DNA from: Octopus vulgaris
Taxonomy: Eukaryota
Direction of reading: 5' to 3'
Length of the DNA stretch: 64,000 nucleotides
Assembly (NCBI GenBank): GCA_951406725.2
Contig: OX597816.1
Span: 178,374,001-178,438,000 of the forward strand
Shown: positions 51,738 through 64,000 of the stretch, one piece after another
Numbering within the stretch: position 1 is the first letter of the stretch
Layout of the letters: the number at the start of each line of letters is the position of its first letter
Program-made: the position numbers and the translations under genes
Notes under the pieces: model-generated
What the model saw: only the letters and a program-made list of their open reading frames with translations
Told to the model about the DNA's origin: nothing
The model's database searches: none

Positions 51738-52074
51738 TTCTGCTGTTATGTTTTGTGGATATCAAGTGTAGTGACCAGTCATGTAATCATAATGTCTCTG
51801 TGGCTGTGAGTTGAGACAAGACTACAGCCATAAATTATTTACTTACTTTCAGCTGATGTTGTCAAGAGAACGGATAGGAACTTCGTGTTTCATAAGTATT
51901 CAAGGTATCCAACAGGGATTCAGCATTTCAGAATGTGTAACTTGCATTAGTTTAATGAATATAGCAGTGTCTGGTGAGGATATCGTAGACACATTTCATT
52001 ATATTTGCTGCATTTTTGTTGTTGGTGGGGAATTGTGAACATCACTTTGACCTTTGACAAAATTTTATATGTTA

Positions 52075-53678
52075 CTACCTCCGCAGCCACCTGCAGAGGC
52101 CATATTGGACTACTTGAGCAGACCGAGTACGCACGGTCTCGGTGGCCCAAGCCGTCCAAAAATTCACTCACAGTCCCTCCCTCGTGGTAAAGGAGGATAA
52201 ACTCCTCCTCCTCACGGGAAGGGACCTCAAACTGCTCTGTCAGTGGAACACTTCCCACTGACGGAGCCTTATCCGCTGGTGGCACACATCCCACTTGCGG
52301 TTCTGTCGGCGGCCCAGGAACATCCGCCGACCGTCCTCTGCGCCTCTTTTTCCTTTTTCTTTTTGAGGCCGCGGGAGCAGGGAGCTGCATTGGCAGACGC
52401 AGGGAGTCGCTACCCTCCTCTGCTGTCTGTACATTCTTTGGTGAGCAACCATTGTTGCTCACCTTTCTTTTTCTTTTCGTGGAGGCAACTTCCTCCACGA
52501 CTTCCACTGTCTCGCCCTCCAATGAGAGGCCGGCAAGCACTTTTTCTTTTTTATGCTCCAGGGCCTTACCACGGCCCTTGGGGCAGTTCTTCCTGATATG
52601 GTCAGGCTCCAGGCACAGATGATACTTGGGGGGGGGGGGCGTCCCTCAAGTATCACCGGGTACCTGTACCCGGCCATTTTTAAGAAGTCTGGGAATATCA
52701 TATCTCCCACAGCCACCGGGGTCCACAGGGTCAAAGTTGCCTTTGACCCCTCCCAGTTGACTGCAGGAGCAATATCCACACTCAATAGACTGGGCCCGCT
52801 ATCCCCCAAGCCTCGCCGGATGGTATCTTTGATCCATCCTGCCTCCGTGCCCAGGAGCAGCCCGCACACCCAGGCTCTTCCTATCTTCCTCCCACAATAA
52901 GTGGGGAGGAACAAAATCTTGTTCCCCTCAAGGGGCTTGCTGGCAAATGTACCACCTTCTCGGGGATACCAAACAGCAACCAGACAGTTGCAAATTTGGT
53001 CCCCCAAGCAATGAATTTTACCATTGGCAGATATTCTGCCAACTCTTTTCGTATAGTTTCTCTATTAAATTGAACGATGGCACCGAGTCACCTAGAATAG
53101 GTCCTCAGCACCACCGTTCTATTATTAAAGTCTTTTAAGCACTCCTTGGGCGGGACAACCTCCCACTCCAAGGCAGTGGCTTCATTCTATTTTGCCATGT
53201 GTAAAAAGTTCACAAAAGTTCAAAGAAAAACAAAAACAGTCTAAAAAAAGTTCAAAAACAAAAAAGCAGTTGAAGCAAAAAATAAAATAAAAGAAGCACT
53301 GTTCAGAAAAAATAGAAAAAAAACAGTTCTACACAGCAAAAACGACAATCCTGGCCAACTGGAACTTTTAAATGGTAAAAAACCACGAATATGGGCCACA
53401 GCTGACAGCAACAGCAACTGGAACAAAATTTCAAGTCTTTGGGTGGATGCGCTCCCTACACAAGCAAAAATAACACAATACCCACCTAGAGCAGGTGAAA
53501 TTGTCCCAGAGCTGGGCACAATTTACTGAAAAAAATAATTCACACACAATAAATTATGCCCAGCTCAAAACAAACAAAATCACTTACTTTGACGGACTTC
53601 CTTTGGTCTTAATTTTCTTCTTTTTAGGACGCAGCTCAAAGCTCACGTCCTCACTGTTCAATGTCAAAGTCAACACGC
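52075..53678 (-). mobile_element. L1/Tx1-like LINE 5'UTR and ORF1 (gag-like), decayed
   Basis: GC-rich island; ILEGRPP followed in the shifted frame by YHLCLEPDHIRKNCPKG (eroded CCHC knuckle); basic KRKRKKRRR tail. Confidence 0.7.
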
Positions 53679-54220
53679 ATGTGTGGAAGCAAGCTTCTTA
53701 CCACATAGCCACGCCTGCACCTATGTATATAGAAACTCAAAATCAAATTCTGCGAGTTCCCAAATTGCTTTTCTTGCCATGGTGTGTGGCTTCAGTATGT
53801 AACCGTTTTCTCTTGAGCTTAGTTGTAACCAGTTATACCTTTCAATTTTCCAGAATTGGTTTGTATCAGTTGGTAATAATATTGACAGTTATTGAAAGTT
53901 AAATGTAGGTGGTAACAGTTCACCTAGTTTTAGTCATTTCTCTCGGTGTTGTTGACATATTTAACAGCATCCCTTTATAGACTATGGAGTGTGTAAAGAA
54001 AAGTGAAAAAACAGAGGAAGTGATGCCCTGCCATGGCCACCCACAATCAGGTGTCTGAAAGCAATAAAGAATTAAATTTTTGTTGTATATTTTTTCCATT
54101 TTACACTCCTGCCATGAGTATTCTTTCAACATTGGTCAGCTCAGACAAATAATATGTCTAAGCTTAGTTCACAACACACCAGCTGTGTCAAATTATTATT
54201 TTTTTAAAATTTCTTTAAAG

Positions 54221-54330
54221 GCAAACCTGTGATCGTAAAAAAGGAGAAAAAAGAATTATCTGAGAATATGCTACAATACTACGATTTCATGGTAAAAGCT
54301 ATCCTTGGGGCAGATGAAGAAGCCATGAAG
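54221..54330 (+). CDS. TAF6L: TAF6L coding exon 6
   Basis: (G)KPVIVKKEKKELSENMLQYYDFMVKAILGADEEAMK; phase 1-0. Confidence 0.92.
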
Positions 54331-54597
54331 GTAACTAACCTGCTATAAAATATTTTATGAATTTTAAGAAATATGGTCTATTTTGAAACCATACTATCTG
54401 TCTCTACCTGTGAGTTGTTTTTATTTCTAGATTGTCTTTTTGACCTTTTTTAATGAAGTTTCAGTTTCACTTCCTTTTCAATAAGTAAATGTGTGTGTGA
54501 GTTTATATATATTTTCATTCAAAGCTTATTTATTGTTTGAAATAAGTTTCCTTGTTACATTTAAAAAAAATTATTCTTTTTTCTTTTTTTTTTCCAG

Positions 54598-54675
54598 TTT
54601 GCCTTGTCAGATTTGAAAACAAACTCAAAAATAGTCCCTTTGTTACCATATTTTGTAAACTTTGTATCAAATGGG
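54598..54675 (+). CDS. TAF6L: TAF6L coding exon 7
   Basis: FALSDLKTNSKIVPLLPYFVNFVSNG; matches ALQDLQTNSKIGALLPYFV. Confidence 0.95.
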
Positions 54676-56189
54676 GTTTGTATATTTTGATTTATTTTAC
54701 TTTTTAAAAAAAAATTTTTGAGTATTTCAATTATTGTTCACTTGTAAAGCAATTATTTTCTTTTTTTTAATATATATTAGAATGGAGACTTCCTTGAAAA
54801 TATTAGTTAGATATTCTATGGTGAATAGTATATTGCTTGAAGGGTTGATAAATTAGTAGTTACTCAGAATTTATGGATAAATACTAACCTTTAAAAAACA
54901 GTTTTGTTCATAGTAATTAGAAAAAATAAGTCCTCATAACTAGTCAGATGTTTAAACATTGGAGAATTATAAGGATAAGAAGAAAAATAACTGAAGGACA
55001 TGGATTTGCAATTTAGGGTAAAGAGATCAATTAAATTAGTTGACTCCCAATCAGTGGGTTATCCGATAGTTTTGTGCCTTCAAAGATGTGCCATATAGAA
55101 GGTCCCTGCTTTGACTTGAATTACCTTATTTGGGCTTCCAGTTTAAAACCACAGTGTAATCATATCACTGTATAAAAAGCTTGAGAGAACGGAATATCCA
55201 AATAAACGTTTACCATCCAGTCAGTATTGGCTGGCTCGTAACAGTCACTGATAGCAAGCATTACAGAAAAGATATGGAAGCTTCTAGCCAAATTATATTT
55301 TGAAGGTTTGAGAAAGTTTTAGCCAACGTTTTAAAATGTTGGTGATTTGAGCCAACTGAAATTCTTTCTAGAACCTTGTAACTTTGTTTCTTGAGATGTT
55401 CTTTCATCTCCTAGTTGTCCTTACATAATGTAGGCTGGAAATAGATTTTTTTGAATAAGGTAAATTGCCCTGGGCTTTAATATTGGCATACAACCATCTT
55501 TCTAATCATTTGTTTAATTATCTATTATAATGATATTGGACGCGTGTAACAGAACAGATTTAACTAGAACATTCTCTTTATCTTCCATATTGTAAAGCTG
55601 TATCATACAGAAATGTTTTTTAACATAGTACACGCTGTAAAGTGGTTGGCATTAGGAAGGGCATCCAACTGTAGAAACCATGCCGATGTAGAAGGTGGAG
55701 TAGTTTTTGGACCCTTAAGATCCTGTCAGGCCGTCCAGCCTATGTCAGCATGGAGTAAGGACATTAAATGATGATGACACTTTGTACACATGTAACAAAC
55801 ATTCTGTTTAATATAATAAGTATATGGAAATACGTCATTATTGTCTATGAACACAATCCTTTTACTTAATTATCAGTGACATTATAGTGATTAATCTACA
55901 GTCTAATTCATTACTAGGATGGCAAAATAGACATATTTAAGGAATGAATGAGACAAACTACTCTATGTGGTGAAAGTTCTAGAAATTTGAGATTCACTTC
56001 ATACATATTACAGTCATTAATGTTAATGGGTATTTTTTTTGCAGTGTAGATCTCATCATCTATCAACATCATCGTCATCGTCATTTTTATCTCCGGTTTT
56101 CCATGTTGACGTGGATTAGATGGGAATGTGCGACTTTGTTTTATTTCACACAAGACAAAAAAAAACAATCATTTGGAATGTTAAAATTC

Positions 56190-56305
56190 TTGAACACTTT
56201 AAAATACTTTAGGCACTGTGATAGAAAACTTTCAACTTTCGGTTTTAATCTGGAGGCTTAGCGACAAAAGGACCAACTACAACATTAAATGGAAAACCAT
56301 TAACA
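56190..56305 (+). mobile_element. Penelope-like GIY-YIG relic
   Basis: YFRHCDRKLST, frameshift, then IWRLSDKRTNYNIKWKTI. Confidence 0.5.
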
Positions 56306-56371
56306 TCCTCAGAAATATTATATCTTAATGTAACTTCGGTTATCTCCCTTGTGCTTTTCATTTTGTCTTCT

Positions 56372-56577
56372 TTAACCCTTTCGTTACTGTATTTATTTTG
56401 AGATGCTTTCTTTCAATTATTTTAAATATAACAAAGAATTTAGTAAAATAGCTTAGTTATCATTAATCTAGTGTTAGGAACGTAAATTGTGACTAAGGCT
56501 TGGTGGAATATTTTAATTCAAAACTTATGAAAACAAGACATTTTACCACAGAGCCAGGTTAGTATCAAAAGGGTTAA
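56372..56577 (-). mobile_element. TTAA MITE family 1
   Basis: TIRs plus TTAA. Confidence 0.88.
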
Positions 56578-57088
56578 CGTCGTACCTTGTTTAAATGTCA
56601 TCTGCTCAAAAAAGCAACTGACAAATGATTTTGTTCTTAGCTTGAAAAATGGCGAAATAAATTAATGTTTCAAACCATGGTTTGCTCTATTTAACAAAAA
56701 TTGTGGTTTTTATTATAACATTATGTTAATGAAATAGATATTTAACATGTGAAAAAATTAAACAAAGCAAAAAAACAAAATAAACTATGAATAAATGTGT
56801 GGTGTCGTATTTAGATTGTAAAGAAATGTTCATTGTTACATATGTAAAAATAAGATTTATGACTAGTTATAAGGGTTTATTTCACCCCCTATGATTGATT
56901 GATTGATTGATTCTAGTTTCAGCTCATGAGCTGTGGCCATGCTGGGGCACCGCCATGCCAGTGTAAAATAAGACTTAGCTAATCTTTTCAATCCTCTGGA
57001 ATAAATTAATGTCCCTTTGTTCAGTTTCTTCTGATAGGAAGAAAAAACTGAAGAAAACTTCCAAATATGTCATTTCATGTATTTCTAG

Positions 57089-57190
57089 GTAAAAACTGTC
57101 AGTCATGATATATCTCAACTAACGCGGCTATTGCACACCGTAAAGGCCTTAACAAACAATTCCAACCTATATCTGGAACCCGAGCCTTAT
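57089..57190 (+). CDS. TAF6L: TAF6L coding exon 8
   Basis: VKTVSHDISQLTRLLHTVKALTNNSNLYLEPEPY; phase 0-0. Confidence 0.95.
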
Positions 57191-57334
57191 GTAAGTATAC
57201 TCTTTTATGATGTTGAAATCTTGTAAAAGTGTTTACAATCTTTGATTTTTTTTTTTTTTGTTTCCAGAAAATTCTTTATTTCTGACTTAAACGATTTCCA
57301 TTATTATTGAAAAACTAAATTCTCTTCATTTCAG

Positions 57335-57459
57335 CTTGGCCTTTTAGTACAAAGTGTGATGTATTGTGGCCTTGAACCTTTAGCAGCTTCTATCAATCCT
57401 TTAAATGACCACTGGGTCCTGAGAGATTATGCAGCACGTCTTCTTGGATTCATTGTGAA
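57335..57459 (+). CDS. TAF6L: TAF6L coding exon 9 (TAF6_C HEAT region)
   Basis: LGLLVQSVMYCGLEPLAASINPLNDHWVLRDYAARLLGFIV. LEPLAASINPLNDHW is characteristic of TAF6L rather than TAF6. Confidence 0.96.
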
Positions 57460-58429
57460 GTAAGTTAGCTTTTTACTTTGGAAGTGAAATTTCATAAACT
57501 TTGCATAATAAAAATTCCTAAAATAGTTACAAGGCCATACATTTTCTGGATGGGATCAGTTGATTAAACTGTACCTAATTGGTATTTATTTTGTTGGCTC
57601 TAGAGGAATGAAAAGCAAAGCTGATTTCAACAAATAGAACTGAGAATCTAAAGCTAAATTTTGCTAGGTATTTTTTCAGTTGATCTACTAATTACACTAA
57701 CATGATTTTAGTCCTTGGGTAGCAACTGTTATTTCCTATTTGCTTACTTCTAGAAAGTATGAAAAATGGTTAATTTTCCTTTAAACTTTGCTTTTGTTAC
57801 ATTTATCCAAACTCCATGACTATGATGCTCCCGCACTACTTCTGCTCGTGATCAGAGATGCACATATTGTCAGCCACTAAGAGAAATGCTCAAGTGATTA
57901 CAGTCAAGCAACTGACAAGCAAATCCGTGGTATTGAGCAGAATATTTGCTATAACAATATTTCTGCTTCAGCAACTCAGCACTGAATCTATCTGAGATGT
58001 AATGGAAAATAGGTCAGTTTCAAAACATGAATGTACAGGTCATAAAAACAATGTTAGAAGGGAACGGTAGTCATTTCCTTTGATTTCTAAATAGAAGTGA
58101 ATAGGAAATAACACTTACTGACCAAAGACAAAAAAAAAAAATAGATAAAAATCTTGTTATACAGTGTTATACCATTTGCCACCTTTCTGCAATAATAATG
58201 GTTTTTAAGCTATGCACAAGGATACAAATTTTGAGCATGGATATTTTTCATTAAACTGGATATATCTGGCCCAAATATTCTACCTGTTTTATGCCTAAAC
58301 TGACCAGACCAAGCTTCTCACTTAACCTGCAAAAGCCATTCAAAAAATAATCAATTGCATCTTCAAAATGTCATAGCTACAAGATAATACAGGATTAATT
58401 TTTATTAAATGTGAGTATATAAGTATTAT

Positions 58430-58921
58430 CATAACATAATTGCCAACCAAATGTGGCGTCCTATACAGGACAGTGCTACTGGCGTTTATAGCCCCGGGAA
58501 GACATCTCTTCCAGTTGGCTAACGACACATTCTGTGTCTGATTAGTATTTGCGAGGTCATTGCACCCATCCTTAGCCTTATGCGATACTCACATACTCAA
58601 GTTCCTGGGTGGATACCCATCCTCAGTGTGTGTTAATCACCAGCTAGTGATGATAACTCACTCCACTCGCAAAATACTATATGCTTTTTCCAGTGATGAA
58701 CCATCGCTGATCTCGGAAAAGGAGTAATATAAGTTATATTAAATCTCTGAGCGAGATGTAAACAGTAGCAATACGGAATCGTAACATATAATTGTCAAGC
58801 GAGTGTGGCGTTTATAGCCCCAGAAAGACATGTCTTCCAGCTTGCTAATGACACACATTCTGTGTCCGATTAGTATTTGCGAGGGGAGATCATTTCTCCC
58901 ATCCCTAGCCTTACGTGATAT
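58430..58921. mobile_element. Unclassified non-coding insertion: 1.4 copies of a 350-nt unit with a 16-bp TSD, nested in MITE family 2
   Basis: TSD agtatataagtattat at 58414-58429 and 58922-58937; direct repeats at 58430-58587 and 58780-58920. Confidence 0.75.
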
Positions 58922-59250
58922 AGTATATAAGTATTATATTTAACAAAGTAATCTGAATGCTTAAGGGTTTTAAACCAACACTACTAATGGACTGGTACCT
59001 TTTTTTATTGACAATGGAAGGCTCACAGGCAACATCAACTGTGGCAGGATTTGAAATTCTTGATAATTAATTATATAATACAGTTCTATATTATAATTAA
59101 TTATATTTCTTGCTCTCTTTCTATTCTGATCTTTTCTAAAGAAATGTAAAAATCTTATTTTTCACAGATCTGTTTTACTAGCAATACTTAAATGAAGCAC
59201 TAAAAACGTTTTCTTTTTTCTTGCTTTCTTTTTACTCTAATATTTTCTAG

Positions 59251-59383
59251 AAAGTGGAATGCAAGTAATAATATGTTGATGCATAATACGTTGAAGAGCC
59301 TGAAGGAAGTAGTATGTGATTTGACTAAACCATTTTGTTCACATTATGGTGCTGTCATGGGATTGTTAGCACTGGGAACAAAA
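59251..59383 (+). CDS. TAF6L: TAF6L coding exon 10
   Basis: (K)KWNASNNMLMHNTLKSLKEVVCDLTKPFCSHYGAVMGLLALGTK; phase 2-0. Confidence 0.95.
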
Positions 59384-59408
59384 GTAAGTATTTGAATATA
59401 TATATATA

Positions 59409-59770
59409 TCTTTATATATAAAAGAGAGGTTGTGTGCTGTCTGTCTCCTACAATTTAGATTCCTAATTACTCCCACATTTATAGTCGTGATTCATGTCAA
59501 GCCCTTCTGGGTATTAGCGCACGTCTACGATGAGTCTACGATTTAAAAAAAAATTTACCATCAATTTTTCCCATTTTTAATGCATTTTTGGCATATATAA
59601 GGGAAGTAACTCTCTAAAAATTTATTATTAAATCTCAGAACGTAAAAAGCTACAGTACCCCCCCTTTTGTGGTTAGCCATATTGAGATGGCTATTATACT
59701 TTACATCTCTAAAAATGCTTATATAGTTATTTCCCTTACAAACCCGAGCAACGCCGGGCGATACTGCTAG
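59409..59770 (+). mobile_element. Non-autonomous Helitron
   Basis: 5' TC, 3' hairpin cccgagcaacgccggg then CTAG, inserted at A|T with no TSD. Confidence 0.85.
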
Positions 59771-59789
59771 TATATATATATAAGTATTG

Positions 59790-60815
59790 AAAGTGTAACT
59801 GCTAGAGTAAGAATAGCTTGAGCAAAGTTCAGAGAGCTCTTACTTCTGCTAGGGACAAAAGGCCTCTCGCACAGAGTAAAAGGCAGACTGTATGATGCAT
59901 GTGTACGAACAGCCATGCTACATGGCAGTGAAACATGGGCCGTGACTGCTGAGGATATGCGTAAGCTCGCAAGAAATGAAGCCAGTATGCTCCGATGGAT
60001 GTGTAATGTCAGCGTTCATACCCGACAGAGTGTAAGTACCTTGAGAGAGAAGTTGGACCTAAGAAGCATCAGTTGTGGTGTGCAAGAGAGACGTTTGCGC
60101 TGGTATGGCCATGTGGCGAGAATGGATGAAGATAGTTGTGTGAAAAAGTGCCACACCCTAGCTGTTGAGGGAACCTGTGGAAGAGGCAGACCCAGGAAAA
60201 CCTGGGACAAGGTGGTGAAGCACGACCTTCGAACTTTAGGTCTCACCGAGGAAATGACTAGAGACCGAGACCTTTGGAAGTATGCTGTGCGTGAGAAGAC
60301 CCGGCAAGACAAGTGAGACCATCACCCATGGCCTCAGTCCACTTATGCATACCTTTCCTTCTTGGGACACAAAACTCTATTTGTGAAGACCTGTTGAGGC
60401 AAGTGAAAATCAAAAATCAAATTCGATCAACATGAATGGAAATTGTAGCTGTGATACCAGTGCCGGTGGCACATAAGAGAACCATCCGACCGTGCCGTTG
60501 CCAGCGCCGCCCCAACTGGCCCCCGTGCTGGTGGCACATTAAAGGCACCATCCGATCGTGGCCGTTGGCAACTTCGCCTGGCCTCCGTGCCGGTGGCACG
60601 TAAAAAGCACCATTCGACCGTGGCCTCGTCTGGCACGTAAAAAGCACCACCCACTACACTCATGGAGTGGTTGGCGTTAGGAAGGGCATCCAGCCGTAGA
60701 AATATTTCCAGATCAGACTGGGCCTGGTGCAGCCTTCTGGCTTCCCAGACCCCAGTTGCACTGTCCAACCCATGCCAGCATGGAAAGCGGACACTAAACG
60801 ATGATGATGATGATG
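59790..60815 (+). mobile_element. Young RTE LINE 3' fragment
   Basis: Open C-terminal frame HGSETW..RRLRWYGHVARM..GRGRPRKTW, 3'UTR units, (gat)n tail. Confidence 0.93.
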
Positions 60816-61279
60816 AGTTCCTGCTAAGCTGATTTAGCCTTTCATCTTTCCTTGGTGTACTTCTAAAAAAAAAACACACACACACACACACGTATGTATG
60901 TATGTGTGTATGTATTGATTCCTCACTAGGTAATTATTTCTTTCTTTTCAATAAATGGTTTGTTATCTTTCTCCAAAAGAAGCATCTTTTGGAATATTTA
61001 AATCAAGAGTCCAAGTGATATTTTAGTTAATATTTTCCTAGACTATATCCTCCATCCTTTAAATATACCTTTAAAAGTAGTTGGGAACAATTGCACTGAT
61101 CATTTATGAAACTATTTTGTATTTCTGTGTTTAAATGTATTGAGAAGAATTGAAAATAAAGAAATTGTTAGTCATAATATATTTTTATCATACTAAACTG
61201 TTTATTCATAGCTTAAGTGTGATGTTGATGTCTTTCGATTACACAAATTGACCGTTGTTTTTTTTTTTTTCCCCCATAG

Positions 61280-61408
61280 GCCATTGAAGAAGTTCTTTTA
61301 CCACAGCTTAAAGTTTATATGCCTCACCTCAACAGCTTTATGGAGGACACTACTTTAAGTAGTACATTAGTCAGGACTGATGCATATAAAGTTTATGGTG
61401 CTTTATTG
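61280..61408 (+). CDS. TAF6L: TAF6L coding exon 11 (gene continues beyond the window)
   Basis: AIEEVLLPQLKVYMPHLNSFMEDTTLSSTLVRTDAYKVYGALL; matches VKADGHKVYGAIL; gtgagt donor. Confidence 0.95.
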
Positions 61409-61434
61409 GTGAGTTGGCTGTTTTTGTACGTCTC

Positions 61435-61664
61435 TTAACCCTTTTGATACTAACCCGGCCAAAACCGGCTCTGGCTCTGTAGTATAAATGTTTTGTTTTC
61501 ATAAGTTTTTCATTAAAATATTACACCAAACCTTAGTCACAATTTATGGTCCTAACAGTAGCTTAATGATATCTAAGTTATTTTACTAAATTCTTGGTTA
61601 TATTTACAATTAATTGAAAGAAACTCAGAGCATCTCAAAATGAATACGGTAACAAAAGGGTTAA
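61435..61664 (+). mobile_element. TTAA MITE family 1
   Basis: TIRs plus TTAA. Confidence 0.88.
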
Positions 61665-61842
61665 ACTACTTTAAGATCCTTCCCTAAAGAATTTGTTTAA
61701 ACAAATCAAGAATGAAGCATCTAAATCCACGTGATGTAATGGCAAAAATTAAAGGAATCGCTTAATTTTCATCAGTTGAGTTGTCATTTTGGGTTGCCCA
61801 ATAACAAAACCTAATTATGATACCAAAAATATGATATATGTA

Positions 61843-62235
61843 CTCTTTTACTTGTTTCAGTCATTTGACTGCGGCCATGCTGGAGCACCGCCTTTAGTCG
61901 AGCAAATCGACCGCGGGACTTATTCTTTGTAAGCCCAGTACTTATTATATCGGTCTCTTTTGCTGAACCGCTAAGTATTGGGGACGTAAACAAACTAGCA
62001 TCGGTTGTCAAGCAATGCTAGGGGGACAAACACAGACACACAAACACACATACATATATATACATATATACGACAGGCTTCTTTCAGTTTCCGTCTACCA
62101 AATCCACTCCCAAGGCATTGGTCGGCCTGGGGCTATAGCAGAAGACACTTGCCCAAGATGCCATGCAGTGGGACTGAACCCGGAACCATGTGGTTGGTTA
62201 GCAAGCTACTTACCACACAGCCACTCCAGCGCCTG
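61843..62235 (-). mobile_element. SINE family A
   Basis: Reverse-complement copy. Confidence 0.92.
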
Positions 62236-62245
62236 TATATGTATA

Positions 62246-62641
62246 CTAGCAGTATCGCCCGGCGTTGCTCGGGTTGTAAGGGAAATAACTATATAAGCAT
62301 TTTTAGAGAGTTATAGCCAAAAAATAGCAAAAAAATGCATTAAAAATTGAAAAAAAATTAAGGTAATTTTTTTTTTTTAATCGTTGACACATCGTAGATA
62401 TTTTTAGAGAGTTACTTCCCTTATATAAAAGCGAAAAAAATGCATTAAAATGGGAAAATATGATGGTAAATTTTTTTAAAATCATAGACTCATCATAGAC
62501 GCGCGCTAATACCCAGAAGGGCTCGATATGAATCACGACTATAAGATACCCGCTTTTGGTTAAACTGCACCGCAAAATGTGGGAGTAGTTACGAATCTAA
62601 ATCGTAGGAGACAGACACACAACTTCACTCTTATATAAAGA
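62246..62641 (-). mobile_element. Non-autonomous Helitron, same family as 59409-59770
   Basis: ctagcagtatcgcccggcgttgctcggg at the left end, ataaaga at the right end. Confidence 0.85.
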
Positions 62642-62994
62642 TGCTTTTTTTTTTTTCAGTCATAGAGTTAGATTTATGAAAGTCTTCAGTAGAAAATCCT
62701 TCGAATTCTGACTCGCTGCTTGATATAATGAAATTCGTATCCATTTTTTGTCAGAATTACAAATTTTGAAAACACAATAGGAACAAATTTCGGAAAAAAA
62801 TCTCCCATAATTCACGGAATTAAAATTACACTTCGATTTTTGTACAAAACTGTATTTGAAGTGTTTACGAAGTATAATACGTGTTTTCACGAATGTACTA
62901 AAGAGATTTACTCTGATATTCTCATTTAAATATGAATAGGTAAATTCGGGCGGTTTGGTAACGAAAGGGTTAAACGGATGCATACATTTATTAA

Positions 62995-63950
62995 TCTCTT
63001 ATTATAAAAGGCAGATTTTATCTGCCTCCCTTTGTAAGTTATAGAAATCTACAATATAGGATTTCTTCAATTACAATTTACCTAGCATTTTTAAAAGTAG
63101 AATGCATCAGGTCATGCCAGGTCCAGTTTTTAAAATTTAAACTCCAATTAAGCAAAATTTACAGAAAACTCACATTCTGGTGTGTATGTCAAATGCTTTT
63201 CTTAGTCTGGTTTACAGCACACGCAAACACACACACACAGTGTGCAACGAATAAAGTGAAACTAGATGTAATATTTAAAAAGAAAGCAGCAAACAGAAAC
63301 AAATAAATACATAATGATTTACTCCTCACACAATTTCTTCAATTAGACTTTACCTATGATTTTTCAAAGAACTTCCATTGGTTCATGCCATACAAAATTT
63401 CTTTCAATTTCACCCCCAATTAAGACAAAATTCGAGAAAACTCAATATTTTAACATTTCACTTTGAAGCCTTTACTCTGCCTATTACTCCCACTTCCTCA
63501 TTAGACACATAGACACGCTAATATATACGACAGTGTCAATTGTTGACAGACATTGTAAGCTAACGTGTGTGTGTGTGTGTGTGCGTGTGTGTCTGTGTGT
63601 GTGTGCGTGCGTGTGTGTGAGGGTGCGTGTGTGTGTGTGTGTGACAGGGACGACCCATTCAGACTGGTCATCCTTTTTGCTAGAAGATCACCTATGCTAC
63701 ACCACTGGTTTTCAGTTCATATTAATCAAATTAATATTCACAAGAAGAAGGACTATTCATTATAATACATCAGTTCCATCGGACAACTGCACAAACATTT
63801 GCCATTTTACACATGTATGTAAACAAATTCCTTTCTTTTAGAATTTCAATTCATTTACTTTTTCAATTCATACAAAGTTATTTAGGACGAATATAACATC
63901 TAAAGTTATCTCTAAGAAGCAGAAAGATCGCCCAAAAGTGTGTATAGATA
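62995..63950 (+). mobile_element. Possible second Helitron-like repeat (3' end not seen)
   Basis: A|TCTCTTATTATAAAAG start, internal direct repeats and a (GT)n tract. Confidence 0.35.
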
Positions 63951-64000
63951 TTTAAATGTATTTATATATTCATCTATACACACATGTACGTATATATATA

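Overview
AT-rich, repeat-dense animal genomic DNA. It is most likely an octopus (inferred from the SINE/LINE families and the (TA)n/(CA)n load), not a prokaryote. The + strand carries one spliced gene, TAF6L (SAGA/PCAF histone-fold subunit). I reconstructed 11 phase-consistent GT-AG coding exons from 18493 to 61408 (1197 nt, 399 aa); the gene runs off the right edge. A CpG-enriched promoter-like region lies at about 8.9-10.3 kb. Nearly everything else is transposon-derived: tRNA-headed SINEs, RTE/CR1/CRE/L1-Tx1 LINE relics, Tc1/mariner elements, TTAA (piggyBac-type) and hAT MITEs, and Helitrons. The main signal missing from the ORF track is a set of minimal type-I hammerhead-ribozyme motifs (about 5.0, 17.2, 38.7, 39.1, 39.5 and 40.9 kb) in Penelope-like terminal repeats, several arranged as inverted pairs. 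Also notable are an 81-bp-arm palindrome at 39.7 kb and a TSD-flanked, non-coding 1.4-mer of a 350-nt unit at 58.4 kb with retrozyme-like architecture. All calls were made by eye; no database searches or folding were run.
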